A stretch of 64,000 nt of DNA from Elusimicrobiota bacterium. Its GTDB lineage: Bacteria; Elusimicrobiota; Elusimicrobia; UBA1565; UBA9628. Under the pieces are notes generated by a model, which saw only the letters and a program-made list of their open reading frames with translations, had not been told where the DNA came from and did not search any database. This document shows positions 38,715 to 47,736 of the stretch, one piece after another; the first letter of the stretch is position 1, and each line of letters opens with the position of its first letter. Location: contig JACRDT010000012.1 of NCBI GenBank assembly GCA_016212795.1, forward strand, positions 19,975 through 83,974, read 5' to 3'. Made by a program: the position numbers and the translations under genes.

Positions 38715-39707
38715 TTAGAACCTCGCCGAGACCGACGCGCGGTGGACCTGGCCCATGGAGCCGAAGGGCACGAGCCCGTAGTCCACGGAGAGCTTGTCGT
38801 AGGCGAGCCCCACGCCGAAAGAGAAGCCGGTGAACCCTCCCACCTCGCCGACCGTGCGCGAGTTGAAGCCGCTCCGGCCGGCCAGGGACCAGCCTCCCTT
38901 CACCGGGAAGACGTACTCGGACCCGAGGCCCACGAACGGGTCGGCGTCGTTCGGGAACCCGACGTCCATGGAGGCGGTCCAGCGCTCCGTGATGACGCCG
39001 GAGCTCCCCAGCCGGAACATGAGCGGCAGCCCGGCCGATTCCTGCTCGAACTTGAGGTCCCCGCCCATGTTGGCGGCCGTGGCGGCGAAGCGCAGGCGGC
39101 CGTCCCCATAGGCCGGCGTCAGGAGCCCAAAGTCCGCCGCCGCGGTCTGGTCCGAGTCGAGGAGCTTGGAGCGGATGAACTTGACCCCCAGCCCCGCGGA
39201 GAACCCGTCGAGGAAGGCCGGTTGCCCGACATCCCCCAGCCGGCAGGCGTAGCCCCAGGCGAGGGCCAGGTCGTAGGGAGTGAACGTGCCGACCTCCGTC
39301 CCGGTGGCGTCGTCGGTCTCCGTGATGCCGCCTGCAGAGAGGTACTGGAAGCTCGTCCCCAGAGCCCCGTGCTTGCCGAGGCTCTGGCCGTAGGCCGCGT
39401 ACTCGAAGTAGCTCGAGCCGATGCCTGAGGCGTGCATGAAGGTCGCCGAGCGCTTTTCGATCTCGGTCAAGCCGGCCGGGTTCCAGTATAGGGCGCTGGC
39501 ATCGTCGGCCACGGCCGAGTAGGCCTCGCCCATGGCGACGGCCCTCGCCCCCACGCCGAATTTGAGGAACCCCGCGGCCTTGGTGCCGCGGTCGCCTGAT
39601 CCGAAGGCCCAGACACGGCATGGAGCCAGAAGGGCGAAGAGAATTGCCAGGAGCCCATACGTCGCGACGGCGAACGCGCCCAGGATCCTCGGTGTTCTTG
39701 CTGGCAT
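38715..39707 (-). CDS. PorV/PorQ (UPF0164)-family outer-membrane beta-barrel
   Basis: FLKFGVGARAVAMGEAY.AVADDASALYWNPAGL, VDYG.VPFG.MG.VHR.S and terminal Phe. Confidence 0.85.
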   Translation of the reverse strand: MPARTPRILGAFAVATYGLLAILFALLAPCRVWAFGSGDRGTKAAGFLKFGVGARAVAMGEAYSAVADDASALYWNPAGLTEIEKRSATFMHASGIGSSYFEYAAYGQSLGKHGALGTSFQYLSAGGITETDDATGTEVGTFTPYDLALAWGYACRLGDVGQPAFLDGFSAGLGVKFIRSKLLDSDQTAAADFGLLTPAYGDGRLRFAATAANMGGDLKFEQESAGLPLMFRLGSSGVITERWTASMDVGFPNDADPFVGLGSEYVFPVKGGWSLAGRSGFNSRTVGEVGGFTGFSFGVGLAYDKLSVDYGLVPFGSMGQVHRASVSARF

Positions 39708-39864
39708 GGCCGCAGATGGGCTCGGCGAACCCGATCCCAATCCTACAAAAAGGACACGTTTTCGGACCAGAGTCGAGGTCGCCAACGGAGCCTCGGGGCC
39801 CGAAATTTCTCGCCGCGGCCGGGCGGGCGTAGAGTTTCGGTTCCGTAATTGCTATTAAAACAGC

Positions 39865-41976
39865 ATGGCGGCCCGCGGCATCCTCTTCCTGGTCACCACG
39901 GACAACGCCTTGGTCAACGAGATGGCCGGCTCGGACCGGGGCAAGGAGTTCGAGCTCGTCGTCTCGGCAACCCTCGAAGAGGCCGAGAAGCAGATGTCCA
40001 CGCGCTTCGACCGCCGCCTCATGAGCGTGATGGTCTTCGACCTGGGGAGCGTGGACGAGAAGGCTTGCCGCCGGCAGGTCGACCTCCAGAACAGCCGCGC
40101 CCGGGGCTCCACCTTCTTCCTGAAGCCCGAGCCCGACGTCTCGGCCTCCAAGCCCGGCCCCCTCCGGGAGCTCGGCTGGCCCCTGCCCGCCGCGTTCGTC
40201 GACGAGGCCGCGCTGGTCCAGCGGCCCGTCGTGTTCCTGGCGTCCAGGCCGGTCTTTTTGGCGCGCGCCATCGAGCTGAGCTTCAAGCCCACCGGGATCC
40301 AGCCTGTGGTCCTGCAGACCGCGGAGGGCATCGCGGAGTTCATCCAGCAGTCGCCCAGCCCCATCCTGGGCAAGGGCAGGGGCATCTACGGCAGGCTGCT
40401 CGAGGGCCTCTTCGGCAAGGAGCCCGAGGCCCCGCAGCAGCCCGCGGCGGGGCCCCCCGGCATCCCCCCGAGCCTCCTGGGGCACGTCGTGGTCGCCTTG
40501 TTCGACGGCACCCGTTCGGAGGCCGAGAGCCTCGACGCGAAGCTGCGCGCCTCCATGCCGGAAGCGGTATGCTACCGGGTGACCAACGCCGACCCTCTCG
40601 TCGAGGCGGGCCGGGCCCTCGAGAACGGCATGCCGGTCGTCCTGGGCCGCGGCCTGGCCAGGCACATCGTCCCCATGCTGGTGTGCTCCGACATCAAGTC
40701 GTTCGCCCCGGTCAAGGTCCCGGTCCTGATGGTCGACCGGGAGCCGGACAAGGTGGCCGACCTCGCCAGGGCGCTGATGGCCGACGGGTACCAGGTGGAG
40801 GTCGTCAAGACCGAGGAGGAGGCGCTGCGGCTGGCGGGGGCCAAGGGCCGCTTCCACGTCGTCGTGATCGGCGTCTCCTTCGCGATGTCCTTCACCTACG
40901 CCGTGGACGCCGGCCCCGGCCTCGCGCGCAAGTTCCACGACCTCGACCCCGACCTGAGGTTCGTCTTCGTCATGGACCTCTACCCGCTCGAGCGCTCGGT
41001 GCGCGAGATGAGCCGGCTCATCGAGCTCGGGGCCGACGACATCATCCTCAAGCCCGTCGAGCCCACGCGCCTGGTGATGGCCGTGGACCGGTCCGTCAAG
41101 CGCCGGTCGCTCGCCATCGAGCAGTCGCGCCTGGGCCAGGCGGGCCTCGTCCAGGCCGCCTTCGGGCAGGCCTCCCAGACCGTCAGCCTCGTGGGGGGGC
41201 GCTACGACATGGTGCTCCAGCTCGGCGAGGGGGGGATGGGGATCGTCTTCCTGGCCACGGACCGGCAGCTGGGCCGCAAGGTCGCCATCAAGAAGATGCG
41301 CGCGGAGGTCCGGGCCAACGCCGCCCACCGCGACAGGTTCATGGAGGAGGCCAGGCTGGTCTCGCGCCTGGTGCACCCCTACATCGTGGGCGTCCACGAC
41401 GTGCTCGAGCACCGGGGGGAGATCTACCTCGTGCTCGACTTCGTCGACGGCAAGCCGCTCTCCGACCTGCTGGCGGACAAGCGGCGCATGACCTTCGACC
41501 AGGGCCGCAAGGTCCTGGAGCAGGTCTGCCAGGGCATCGATTTCGCCCACCGCAACAACATCCTGCACCGGGACCTGAAGCCCTCCAACATCATGATCGA
41601 CAAGAACGGCTACGCCAAGGTCATGGATTTCGGGCTGGCCCGCGAGTTCAAGGACGCCGTCTCCATGCTGACGCAGAAAGACGCCGGCGGCACCCTGGCC
41701 TACATGGCGCCGGAGCAGCACCTGGGCCGGTGCGGGAAGGCCTCGGACGTCTACTCCCTCGGGATCTGCTGGTACGAGATGCTCAGCGGCGAGCGGCCAT
41801 TCAAGGGGCCGGACTTCCTGGCTCAGAAGGAGCGCATGCACTACCCCACCCTGTCCAGCCTGGTCCCCGGCCTGCCGCCGACGACCGACCAGGTCGTGGC
41901 GCGCGTCTTCGAGCCCGACCCCCACAAGAGGATCTCGGGCGCGGCGGGCTTCTACGACGCCGTGCGGGCGTTGTAG
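39865..41976 (+). CDS. Ser/Thr protein kinase with N-terminal pseudo-receiver domain
   Basis: LGEGGMG, VAIK, HRDLKPSN, DFGLA, YMAPE and DVYSLG. Upstream receiver-like VLMVD...GADDIILKP. Confidence 0.9.
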   Translation: MAARGILFLVTTDNALVNEMAGSDRGKEFELVVSATLEEAEKQMSTRFDRRLMSVMVFDLGSVDEKACRRQVDLQNSRARGSTFFLKPEPDVSASKPGPLRELGWPLPAAFVDEAALVQRPVVFLASRPVFLARAIELSFKPTGIQPVVLQTAEGIAEFIQQSPSPILGKGRGIYGRLLEGLFGKEPEAPQQPAAGPPGIPPSLLGHVVVALFDGTRSEAESLDAKLRASMPEAVCYRVTNADPLVEAGRALENGMPVVLGRGLARHIVPMLVCSDIKSFAPVKVPVLMVDREPDKVADLARALMADGYQVEVVKTEEEALRLAGAKGRFHVVVIGVSFAMSFTYAVDAGPGLARKFHDLDPDLRFVFVMDLYPLERSVREMSRLIELGADDIILKPVEPTRLVMAVDRSVKRRSLAIEQSRLGQAGLVQAAFGQASQTVSLVGGRYDMVLQLGEGGMGIVFLATDRQLGRKVAIKKMRAEVRANAAHRDRFMEEARLVSRLVHPYIVGVHDVLEHRGEIYLVLDFVDGKPLSDLLADKRRMTFDQGRKVLEQVCQGIDFAHRNNILHRDLKPSNIMIDKNGYAKVMDFGLAREFKDAVSMLTQKDAGGTLAYMAPEQHLGRCGKASDVYSLGICWYEMLSGERPFKGPDFLAQKERMHYPTLSSLVPGLPPTTDQVVARVFEPDPHKRISGAAGFYDAVRAL

Positions 41977-42061
41977 CCCCGTTGGTCTGTATGTTGCAAA
42001 GGGATGAGGTGACGGGGGGCCGCGGGAGCGTTCGGGCGGCCCGAGACCAGGAGGGATTGTC

Positions 42062-43063
42062 ATGGACATCATCAACGAATTGCGCGCGAAGGCCAAGGCC
42101 AAGCGCCGCCGGATCGTGCTCCCGGAGGGGGACGAGCCCCGGACCGTGCAGGCCGCCGCGATCCTGACGAAGGAGGCGATCGCGGACGTCATCCTCGTGG
42201 GCGACCGGGACAGGATCGCCAAGGTCGCCAAGGAGAAGGCCGCCGACATCTCCAAGGCGCAGGTCCTCGACCCTGCCAAGGACCCCAGGCGCGCCGAGTA
42301 CGCCGCGGCGTTCTTCGAGGCCCGCAAGCACAAGGGCGTCAGCGAGGCCGACGCGGCCAAGCAGATGGACGACCCCCTGACCTACGGGATCATGATGGTC
42401 AACGCGGGCGCGGCCGACGGCTACCTGAGCGGCGCGGACCACGCCACGGGCGACACGGTGCGCCCCGCGCTCCAGATCATCAAGCCCGCCAAGGGCGCGG
42501 CCACCATCTCGAGCTTCTTCATCATGGTCTTCGCCGACAAGAAGATCGGCGAGAACGGGATCCTGATCTTCGCCGACTGCGCCATCGTCCCCGACCCCCC
42601 GCCGCTCAAGCTGGCGTCCATCGGCGTCGCCTCGGCCCGGGCCGCCAAGATCCTCTGCGGGTTCGAGCCCAAGGTGGCGTTCCTCTCGTTCTCGACCGCC
42701 GGCTCCGCGAAGCACGAGTACGTCGACCGCGTGGTGGAGGCCGTCAGGATCGCCCGGGAGAAGGCCCCGGACCTGCAGATCGACGGCGAGATGCAGGCCG
42801 ACGCGGCCCTCGTCTCGGCCATCGGCTCCAAGAAGTTCCCGGGGAGCAAGGTGGCGGGCGTCGCCAACGTGCTGGTGTTCCCGGACCTCAACGCCGGCAA
42901 CATCGGCTACAAGCTCGTCCAGCGCCTGGCCGGCGCCGAGGCCATCGGCCCCATCCTGACCGGCTTCAACAAGCCGGTCAACGACCTCTCGCGGGGCTGC
43001 AGCGTCGACGACATCGTGACCATGGCCGCCGTGACCTCGATGCAGACCGAGATCAAATTCTGA
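42062..43063 (+). CDS. pta: Phosphate acetyltransferase
   Basis: IVLPEG, FADCA, LSFST.GS, DGEMQADAA, FPDLNAGNIGYK and DLSRG. Confidence 0.96.
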   Translation: MDIINELRAKAKAKRRRIVLPEGDEPRTVQAAAILTKEAIADVILVGDRDRIAKVAKEKAADISKAQVLDPAKDPRRAEYAAAFFEARKHKGVSEADAAKQMDDPLTYGIMMVNAGAADGYLSGADHATGDTVRPALQIIKPAKGAATISSFFIMVFADKKIGENGILIFADCAIVPDPPPLKLASIGVASARAAKILCGFEPKVAFLSFSTAGSAKHEYVDRVVEAVRIAREKAPDLQIDGEMQADAALVSAIGSKKFPGSKVAGVANVLVFPDLNAGNIGYKLVQRLAGAEAIGPILTGFNKPVNDLSRGCSVDDIVTMAAVTSMQTEIKF

Positions 43064-43179
43064 CGCCGCTCGAGGCGCTGCGCCGGAAGGGGCGCCGCTC
43101 CCGGTAGGACGCCCGCCTCGTCGGGATGACGCGGTTTGTCGGGACTTGCGGGGCCAACTATGTCTATAATTACGTTGAC

Positions 43180-43212
43180 ATGACGCCCAGGCCCCCGAAG
43201 GCGCGGCGATGA
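43180..43212 (+). CDS. Putative leader peptide MTPRPPKARR
   Basis: ATG 9 nt after TATAAT (43165-43170). The stop overlaps the next start (ATGA at 43209-43212). Confidence 0.35.
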   Translation: MTPRPPKARR

Positions 43213-44330
43213 TCGCTTCCACCGGCATGCACCCGCTGTTCCTGCTCATGGCCGCCGTCGGCATCGTCACGGGCCTCTACACCATCTACTCCATCTTCCC
43301 GATGTCCATGCCCGTGCTGTTCGCCTTCAGCGTGATCGGGCTGCTGGTCCGGATCGCCCAGCTGTCGAAGGAGGCGCGGCGCGAGCACGACCCCGGGGAG
43401 GTCATCGATTTCGAGAAGCTCCACGCCAAGGACGTCGCGCGCTACGGCCCCTGGCTCAAGGAGAACCTGCGGGGGCACAACGCGGTCGTGGACCGGGCCC
43501 TCGGAAGGATCCAGTCGAACCTGGCCGTCGCCGTCCCCCAGCGGACGCTGGGCGCCTTCCTCCTGGTGGGCCCGACCGGCACCGGCAAGACCTTCTTCGG
43601 CGAGCTGATGGCCAAGGCCCTCTACCCGGACGGCGAGGTCGTCATCCTCCGCATGAACCAGTACAAGGACCACCAGGACGTGGTCACGCTCATCGGCCCC
43701 CCGCCGGGGCACATGGGCTACGAGATCGGCGGGTCGATCACCCGGCCCGTGCTCGAGGATCCCTACCGCGCCATCGTCCTCGACGAGTTCGACAAGGCGC
43801 ACCCCGACGTCCGGCACTGTCTCTACGACATCCTCGACCGGGCCCAGTGCCGCGAGAAGAGCTCGGGCAGGAACGTCCATTTCAGCGCGTGCGTCTTCTT
43901 CGCCACCTGCAACGCCGGCGTCGAGGACCTGCGCTCCATCTGGGGCGAGTCGGACGACCCGATCGTGCGCACCGGCCGCGCGAGGGAGGCCCTCAGCCGG
44001 CAGGGGTTCGAGAAGGCCCTGCTGGCCCGCTTCGACGATATCCTCCTGATGGATGAGCTCAAGCCCGTGGAGGTCGCGGAGGTCGCCTGCCTCCAGATCG
44101 CCAAGCACTGGCGGCAGTACGGCATCGAGGTCGCCTACGCCTCGCCCGAGCTGCTGGTCGAGGCCGTCAAGAGGAACGTCGAGTTCCAGGAATACGGCGT
44201 GCGCCAGTTGGCGCACCTCATCCAGGAGCTGACGGGCCCGCTCATCGAGGCCGCGCGGCGCAACGGCGTCACCAGCGTCCGGCTCGAGCTCGACCCCAAG
44301 ACCAACCGCGTCACGGTGGCGGAGCGCTGA
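43209..44330 (+). CDS. Membrane-anchored stand-alone AAA+ ATPase, ClpB second-domain (D2) type
   Basis: Two N-terminal TM helices, GPTGTGKT, GPPPGHMGY, LDEFDKAHP, ATCN, LLARFD and YGVRQL. Confidence 0.85.
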   Translation: MIASTGMHPLFLLMAAVGIVTGLYTIYSIFPMSMPVLFAFSVIGLLVRIAQLSKEARREHDPGEVIDFEKLHAKDVARYGPWLKENLRGHNAVVDRALGRIQSNLAVAVPQRTLGAFLLVGPTGTGKTFFGELMAKALYPDGEVVILRMNQYKDHQDVVTLIGPPPGHMGYEIGGSITRPVLEDPYRAIVLDEFDKAHPDVRHCLYDILDRAQCREKSSGRNVHFSACVFFATCNAGVEDLRSIWGESDDPIVRTGRAREALSRQGFEKALLARFDDILLMDELKPVEVAEVACLQIAKHWRQYGIEVAYASPELLVEAVKRNVEFQEYGVRQLAHLIQELTGPLIEAARRNGVTSVRLELDPKTNRVTVAER

Positions 44331-45499
44331 TGGGCCAGTCCTACCAGCCCGGCATGACCGAAGACGTGTGGGTCCAGATCCTCGCCCTGCTGGCGATCGT
44401 CGCCGGCGTGCTGTCGGGCCACTTCTTCTACGGACGGAGCCTGCGGCCCGTCCACGACCCCGGGTGGACGGTCGCCGCCGACCCGATGCCGGCCGCGCCG
44501 TCCCAGCCGCCGGCCGGCGTCGTCCCGGCGTCCGCGCCCGCCCCGACGCCGCCCCAGGCCCCCGCGAGCCGGCCCAGGACCGCCGGCCACTGGATCGTGG
44601 ACGCCAAGATGCCCGCCGACGCCGACTGCGCGACCCTGGCGCAGGCCGTGATGGAATCCCGCGAGGGAGACAGCATCACGCTGCGGCCGGGGACGTACAA
44701 GGAGGGCGTCGTCATCAACAAGTCCCTGACCATCGCGGGGGCGGGGGTGTCCCCCGACCAGGTCACGCTCTCGCACTCGGGCGCCCGGACCGTTGGCGTC
44801 TCGGCCGGCCGCGTCACCCTGGAGAACCTGAGCCTGGGCAACTCGGGCGGGAGCTACGTCGTGGAGGTCGCCAAGGCGCAGGCGACCTTTAAGAACGTCA
44901 GGCTCAGGGCCGCCACCCAGGGCGTGCGCGTCGTGGACGCCGACCTCGACGTCGCGGACTCGGAGCTCGACGCCAAGGTGGCGCTGTCGGTGGAGGGGAT
45001 GTCGCGGGTGAGCCTCCTCCACGCGACGCTCACCGGCGAGCAGGCGGCGGTCTCGGTGTCGGGCGGCCGGGCGGACGTGTCGGTCGAAGGCTCCCGCATC
45101 CAGGACAGCCGGGGCGTCGGCCTCGAGGCGGGCCGGTTCGCCAGGGTCCGCATGAAGGAGGTGTCCCTCACGGGGAACTTCGGCGCCGCGGTGTCCGTGC
45201 GCTCCGGAGCCGACGTGACCATCTCTCGCTCGAAGATCACGGACAACCGCGACTGCGGCGTCCGGGTCGACGGGGCCTTCGTCACGCTGGAGGCGGTGCA
45301 GGTCTCGCGCAACCGCTGCGGGGTGGGGTTCGTGGGGTTGGGCACCCTCAACGCCCGCAACAGCGAGTTCTCGGAGCTGGAGCTGGGCGCCGTCGCCATC
45401 AAGCCGGGGCTCGAGAAGACCGTGATCATCAAGGGGTCGGGGAACATCGGCCTCGAGATCCCCAAGTCCCGGGGCGACGAGAAGAGGCCGGGCCAATAG
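44330..45499 (+). CDS. Single-pass membrane protein with right-handed parallel beta-helix (pectin-lyase-like)
   Basis: TM helix, Pro/Ala linker, LAQAV...GDSITLRPGTYKE.VVINKSLTI.G and repeated ITDN..CGV-type rungs. TGATG coupling. Confidence 0.8.
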   Translation: MGQSYQPGMTEDVWVQILALLAIVAGVLSGHFFYGRSLRPVHDPGWTVAADPMPAAPSQPPAGVVPASAPAPTPPQAPASRPRTAGHWIVDAKMPADADCATLAQAVMESREGDSITLRPGTYKEGVVINKSLTIAGAGVSPDQVTLSHSGARTVGVSAGRVTLENLSLGNSGGSYVVEVAKAQATFKNVRLRAATQGVRVVDADLDVADSELDAKVALSVEGMSRVSLLHATLTGEQAAVSVSGGRADVSVEGSRIQDSRGVGLEAGRFARVRMKEVSLTGNFGAAVSVRSGADVTISRSKITDNRDCGVRVDGAFVTLEAVQVSRNRCGVGFVGLGTLNARNSEFSELELGAVAIKPGLEKTVIIKGSGNIGLEIPKSRGDEKRPGQ

Positions 45500-45512
45500 G
45501 AAGGAGAGGATC

Positions 45513-46535
45513 ATGTCAGAACTGCGCAAGATGACGGATTGGAGCAAGCTCCGCGACATGGTGGAGAGCACCCGGCTCGACGACAAGAGCCGCAAGGTCG
45601 ACGAGACCAAGCTCCTGGACCACCTCAATTCAAGGGTCAAGGGCCAAGACGAGGTCATCAAGGACGTGGCCAAGCTGATCAACTTGAGCTGGCGCAAGCA
45701 GGAGCGCACCCGGCCCATCTGCAGCATGCTCTTCCTGGGTCCCACGGGCACCGGCAAGACCGAGCTCGCCAAGGCCCTGACCGAGTACCTCTACGGCAGC
45801 GAGAAGGACATGCTGCGCTTCGACTGCTCGGAGCTCTCCAGCCCGGACATGGCCAAGAGCCGCCTGACCGGCTCCTCGTCCGGCTACAAGGACTCCGAGT
45901 CGGGCGGCCAGCTGACCCGCCCCATGATGGCCAACCCCCGGCGGCTGGTCCTCTTCGACGAGATCGAGAAGGCCCACCCCCTCGTGTTCGACCTGCTGCT
46001 CCAGCTCATGGGGGACGGCCGCCTGACCGAGCAGAGCTCCGGCAAGACCGCGGACTTCACCCAGGCGATCGTCGTGCTCACGAGCAACGCCATCGCCGAC
46101 GAGGTCGGCAAGGCGGTGGAGGGCCTGACCGACTACCACGAGATCGTCAACGCCGTCAAGACCCTGCTCGCCGAGCACGGCACCTTCCGGCCCGAGATCC
46201 TGGGCCGCATCGACAAGGTCTACATGTTCAAGCCGCTGCAGGGCATGATCATCGCGGAGATCGCGCTCCTGAAGATCGAGCGCCTCGCCAAGGAGTACGG
46301 GCTGACCGTGGAGTTCATCGCGCCCGAGCTCCTGATGCAGGCCCTCGAGGCCAACATGAAGGTGAGCAAGTTCGGCATCCGGGAGCTCGAGCGCATCCTC
46401 TTCGACAAGTTCGCCTCCCACATGGTCGAGATGCGCGAGAAGAGGGCCAAGGCGGTGTCGTTCGACATCGACGAGGGCGGCCAGATCGTCTGCCGCTACC
46501 AGGGCCCGCCGGAAACCCCCGGGCCCAAGAAGTAG
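45513..46535 (+). CDS. Soluble stand-alone AAA+ ATPase, ClpB-D2 type
   Basis: RVKGQDEVI, FLGPTGTGKTE, LFDEIEKAHP, DGRLT, LTSN, FRPEILGRID and FGIRELER. AGGA RBS. Confidence 0.88.
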   Translation: MSELRKMTDWSKLRDMVESTRLDDKSRKVDETKLLDHLNSRVKGQDEVIKDVAKLINLSWRKQERTRPICSMLFLGPTGTGKTELAKALTEYLYGSEKDMLRFDCSELSSPDMAKSRLTGSSSGYKDSESGGQLTRPMMANPRRLVLFDEIEKAHPLVFDLLLQLMGDGRLTEQSSGKTADFTQAIVVLTSNAIADEVGKAVEGLTDYHEIVNAVKTLLAEHGTFRPEILGRIDKVYMFKPLQGMIIAEIALLKIERLAKEYGLTVEFIAPELLMQALEANMKVSKFGIRELERILFDKFASHMVEMREKRAKAVSFDIDEGGQIVCRYQGPPETPGPKK

Positions 46536-46644
46536 CGCCTCCCGGCCAGGCCCCGGCAGGGCGGGGCCGTTGGGCCGTTTGCCCTGGGGGCGACTGGGCC
46601 GATGGGCCTTTGCGCGGCGCGGCTCTTCCCGGTATCATGTTCAT

Positions 46645-47736
46645 ATGCTGCGATGTCGGCCGGCCGGACGACGCTGGACGGCGACGCTGGCCCTCGTCTT
46701 ATGGGCGGCGTCCGCGAGGGCCCAGACCTGCAAGGGCCCGACCGTGTCGGTCGTGCGACAGGTCCTCCCCGTCCCGGCCGTCGTCCCCTCGCTGAATCTC
46801 GGCGCCGGCCTGAAGCCGGCCCTGGCGGGCCGGTCGTGGGGCGCTCCGGCGCTGAGCCCGCTCGCGAGCCCCCTGGCGGGCATCGCGCCCGCCGCCCCCA
46901 TGTCGGCCGCCGCCTCGCTGCCCGCGGAGCCGGCCGCGCCGGCGTTGCCGGGCGCGGCGATGCCGGCCGCTCCGGCCCCCGGCGGGGAGGGTGGGCATCC
47001 CGAAGCCGGGTCAGCCGAGAGCGCGCACCTTTTCGACGGGACCGCGAGGCTTTCGCCCCTGCCGGTCGATGCGGCCGGGGACCTGGTGCCCGAATGGCCG
47101 GGCCAGGAGGGCGACACGGTCCGGATCAACGGGAACGCCTATGTCCTGGGCGAGAAGCTCGGCGAGGGGACGGGCGCCTTCGTCTACCGGGTCCAAGGCA
47201 GGCCGCTGGTGGTCAAGCTGATCTATCCCGGCCTGGCCGATATCCCGGTCTTCGGCTCCGAGGTGCCGGCGCTCAAGGAGATGGCGGCCGTCGGCATCGA
47301 GCACGCCAGGATGCGCGACCATAGCGCGGACGGCATGGTCATCGTCAAGGACCTCGTGGACGGCGAGAGGATCTACGACGTGGCCGAGCGCGGAGGCCTG
47401 GACCGGGAGCGCGTAGCGTCGCTGGTCGGCCTGGCCGCGTCGCTCATCGCCATGGAGCGCACCGCGGACCTCAACCTGGGCAACCTCATCTGGGACGCCG
47501 GGAAGAAGACCTGGGTCCTCATCGACGCCGGGGGCTTCGCGAAGGGCCCGGCGTGGGGCGTCCTGGGGCAGATCCTGAGCCCGGGCCGGACCAAGCTCAC
47601 CCGCATCGTTCCGGCGGACTTCCTGGACGCCCTGGCGGCGAGGCTGGGCCGGGATTCGGACGCCTGGCGCAGGGTCATGACCCCGCCCGACCACCTCAAG
47701 GACTTCGTGCGGGAGCACGCCCGGACGAGCCCTTAA
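46645..47736 (+). CDS. Exported protein with protein-kinase-like domain
   Basis: Signal peptide (ASARA/Q), Pro/Ala linker, LGEGTGAFVY, VVK, ADLNLGN and LIDAG. Confidence 0.65.
   Translation: MLRCRPAGRRWTATLALVLWAASARAQTCKGPTVSVVRQVLPVPAVVPSLNLGAGLKPALAGRSWGAPALSPLASPLAGIAPAAPMSAAASLPAEPAAPALPGAAMPAAPAPGGEGGHPEAGSAESAHLFDGTARLSPLPVDAAGDLVPEWPGQEGDTVRINGNAYVLGEKLGEGTGAFVYRVQGRPLVVKLIYPGLADIPVFGSEVPALKEMAAVGIEHARMRDHSADGMVIVKDLVDGERIYDVAERGGLDRERVASLVGLAASLIAMERTADLNLGNLIWDAGKKTWVLIDAGGFAKGPAWGVLGQILSPGRTKLTRIVPADFLDALAARLGRDSDAWRRVMTPPDHLKDFVREHARTSP

Noticed and set aside
38689..42360. Long antisense or alternate-frame ORFs (for example 38689-42360, 828-2867, 21697-24258, 28377-30857, 60546-62681)
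   Set aside because: Shadow ORFs expected in high-GC DNA. They overlap well-supported genes and lack motifs.
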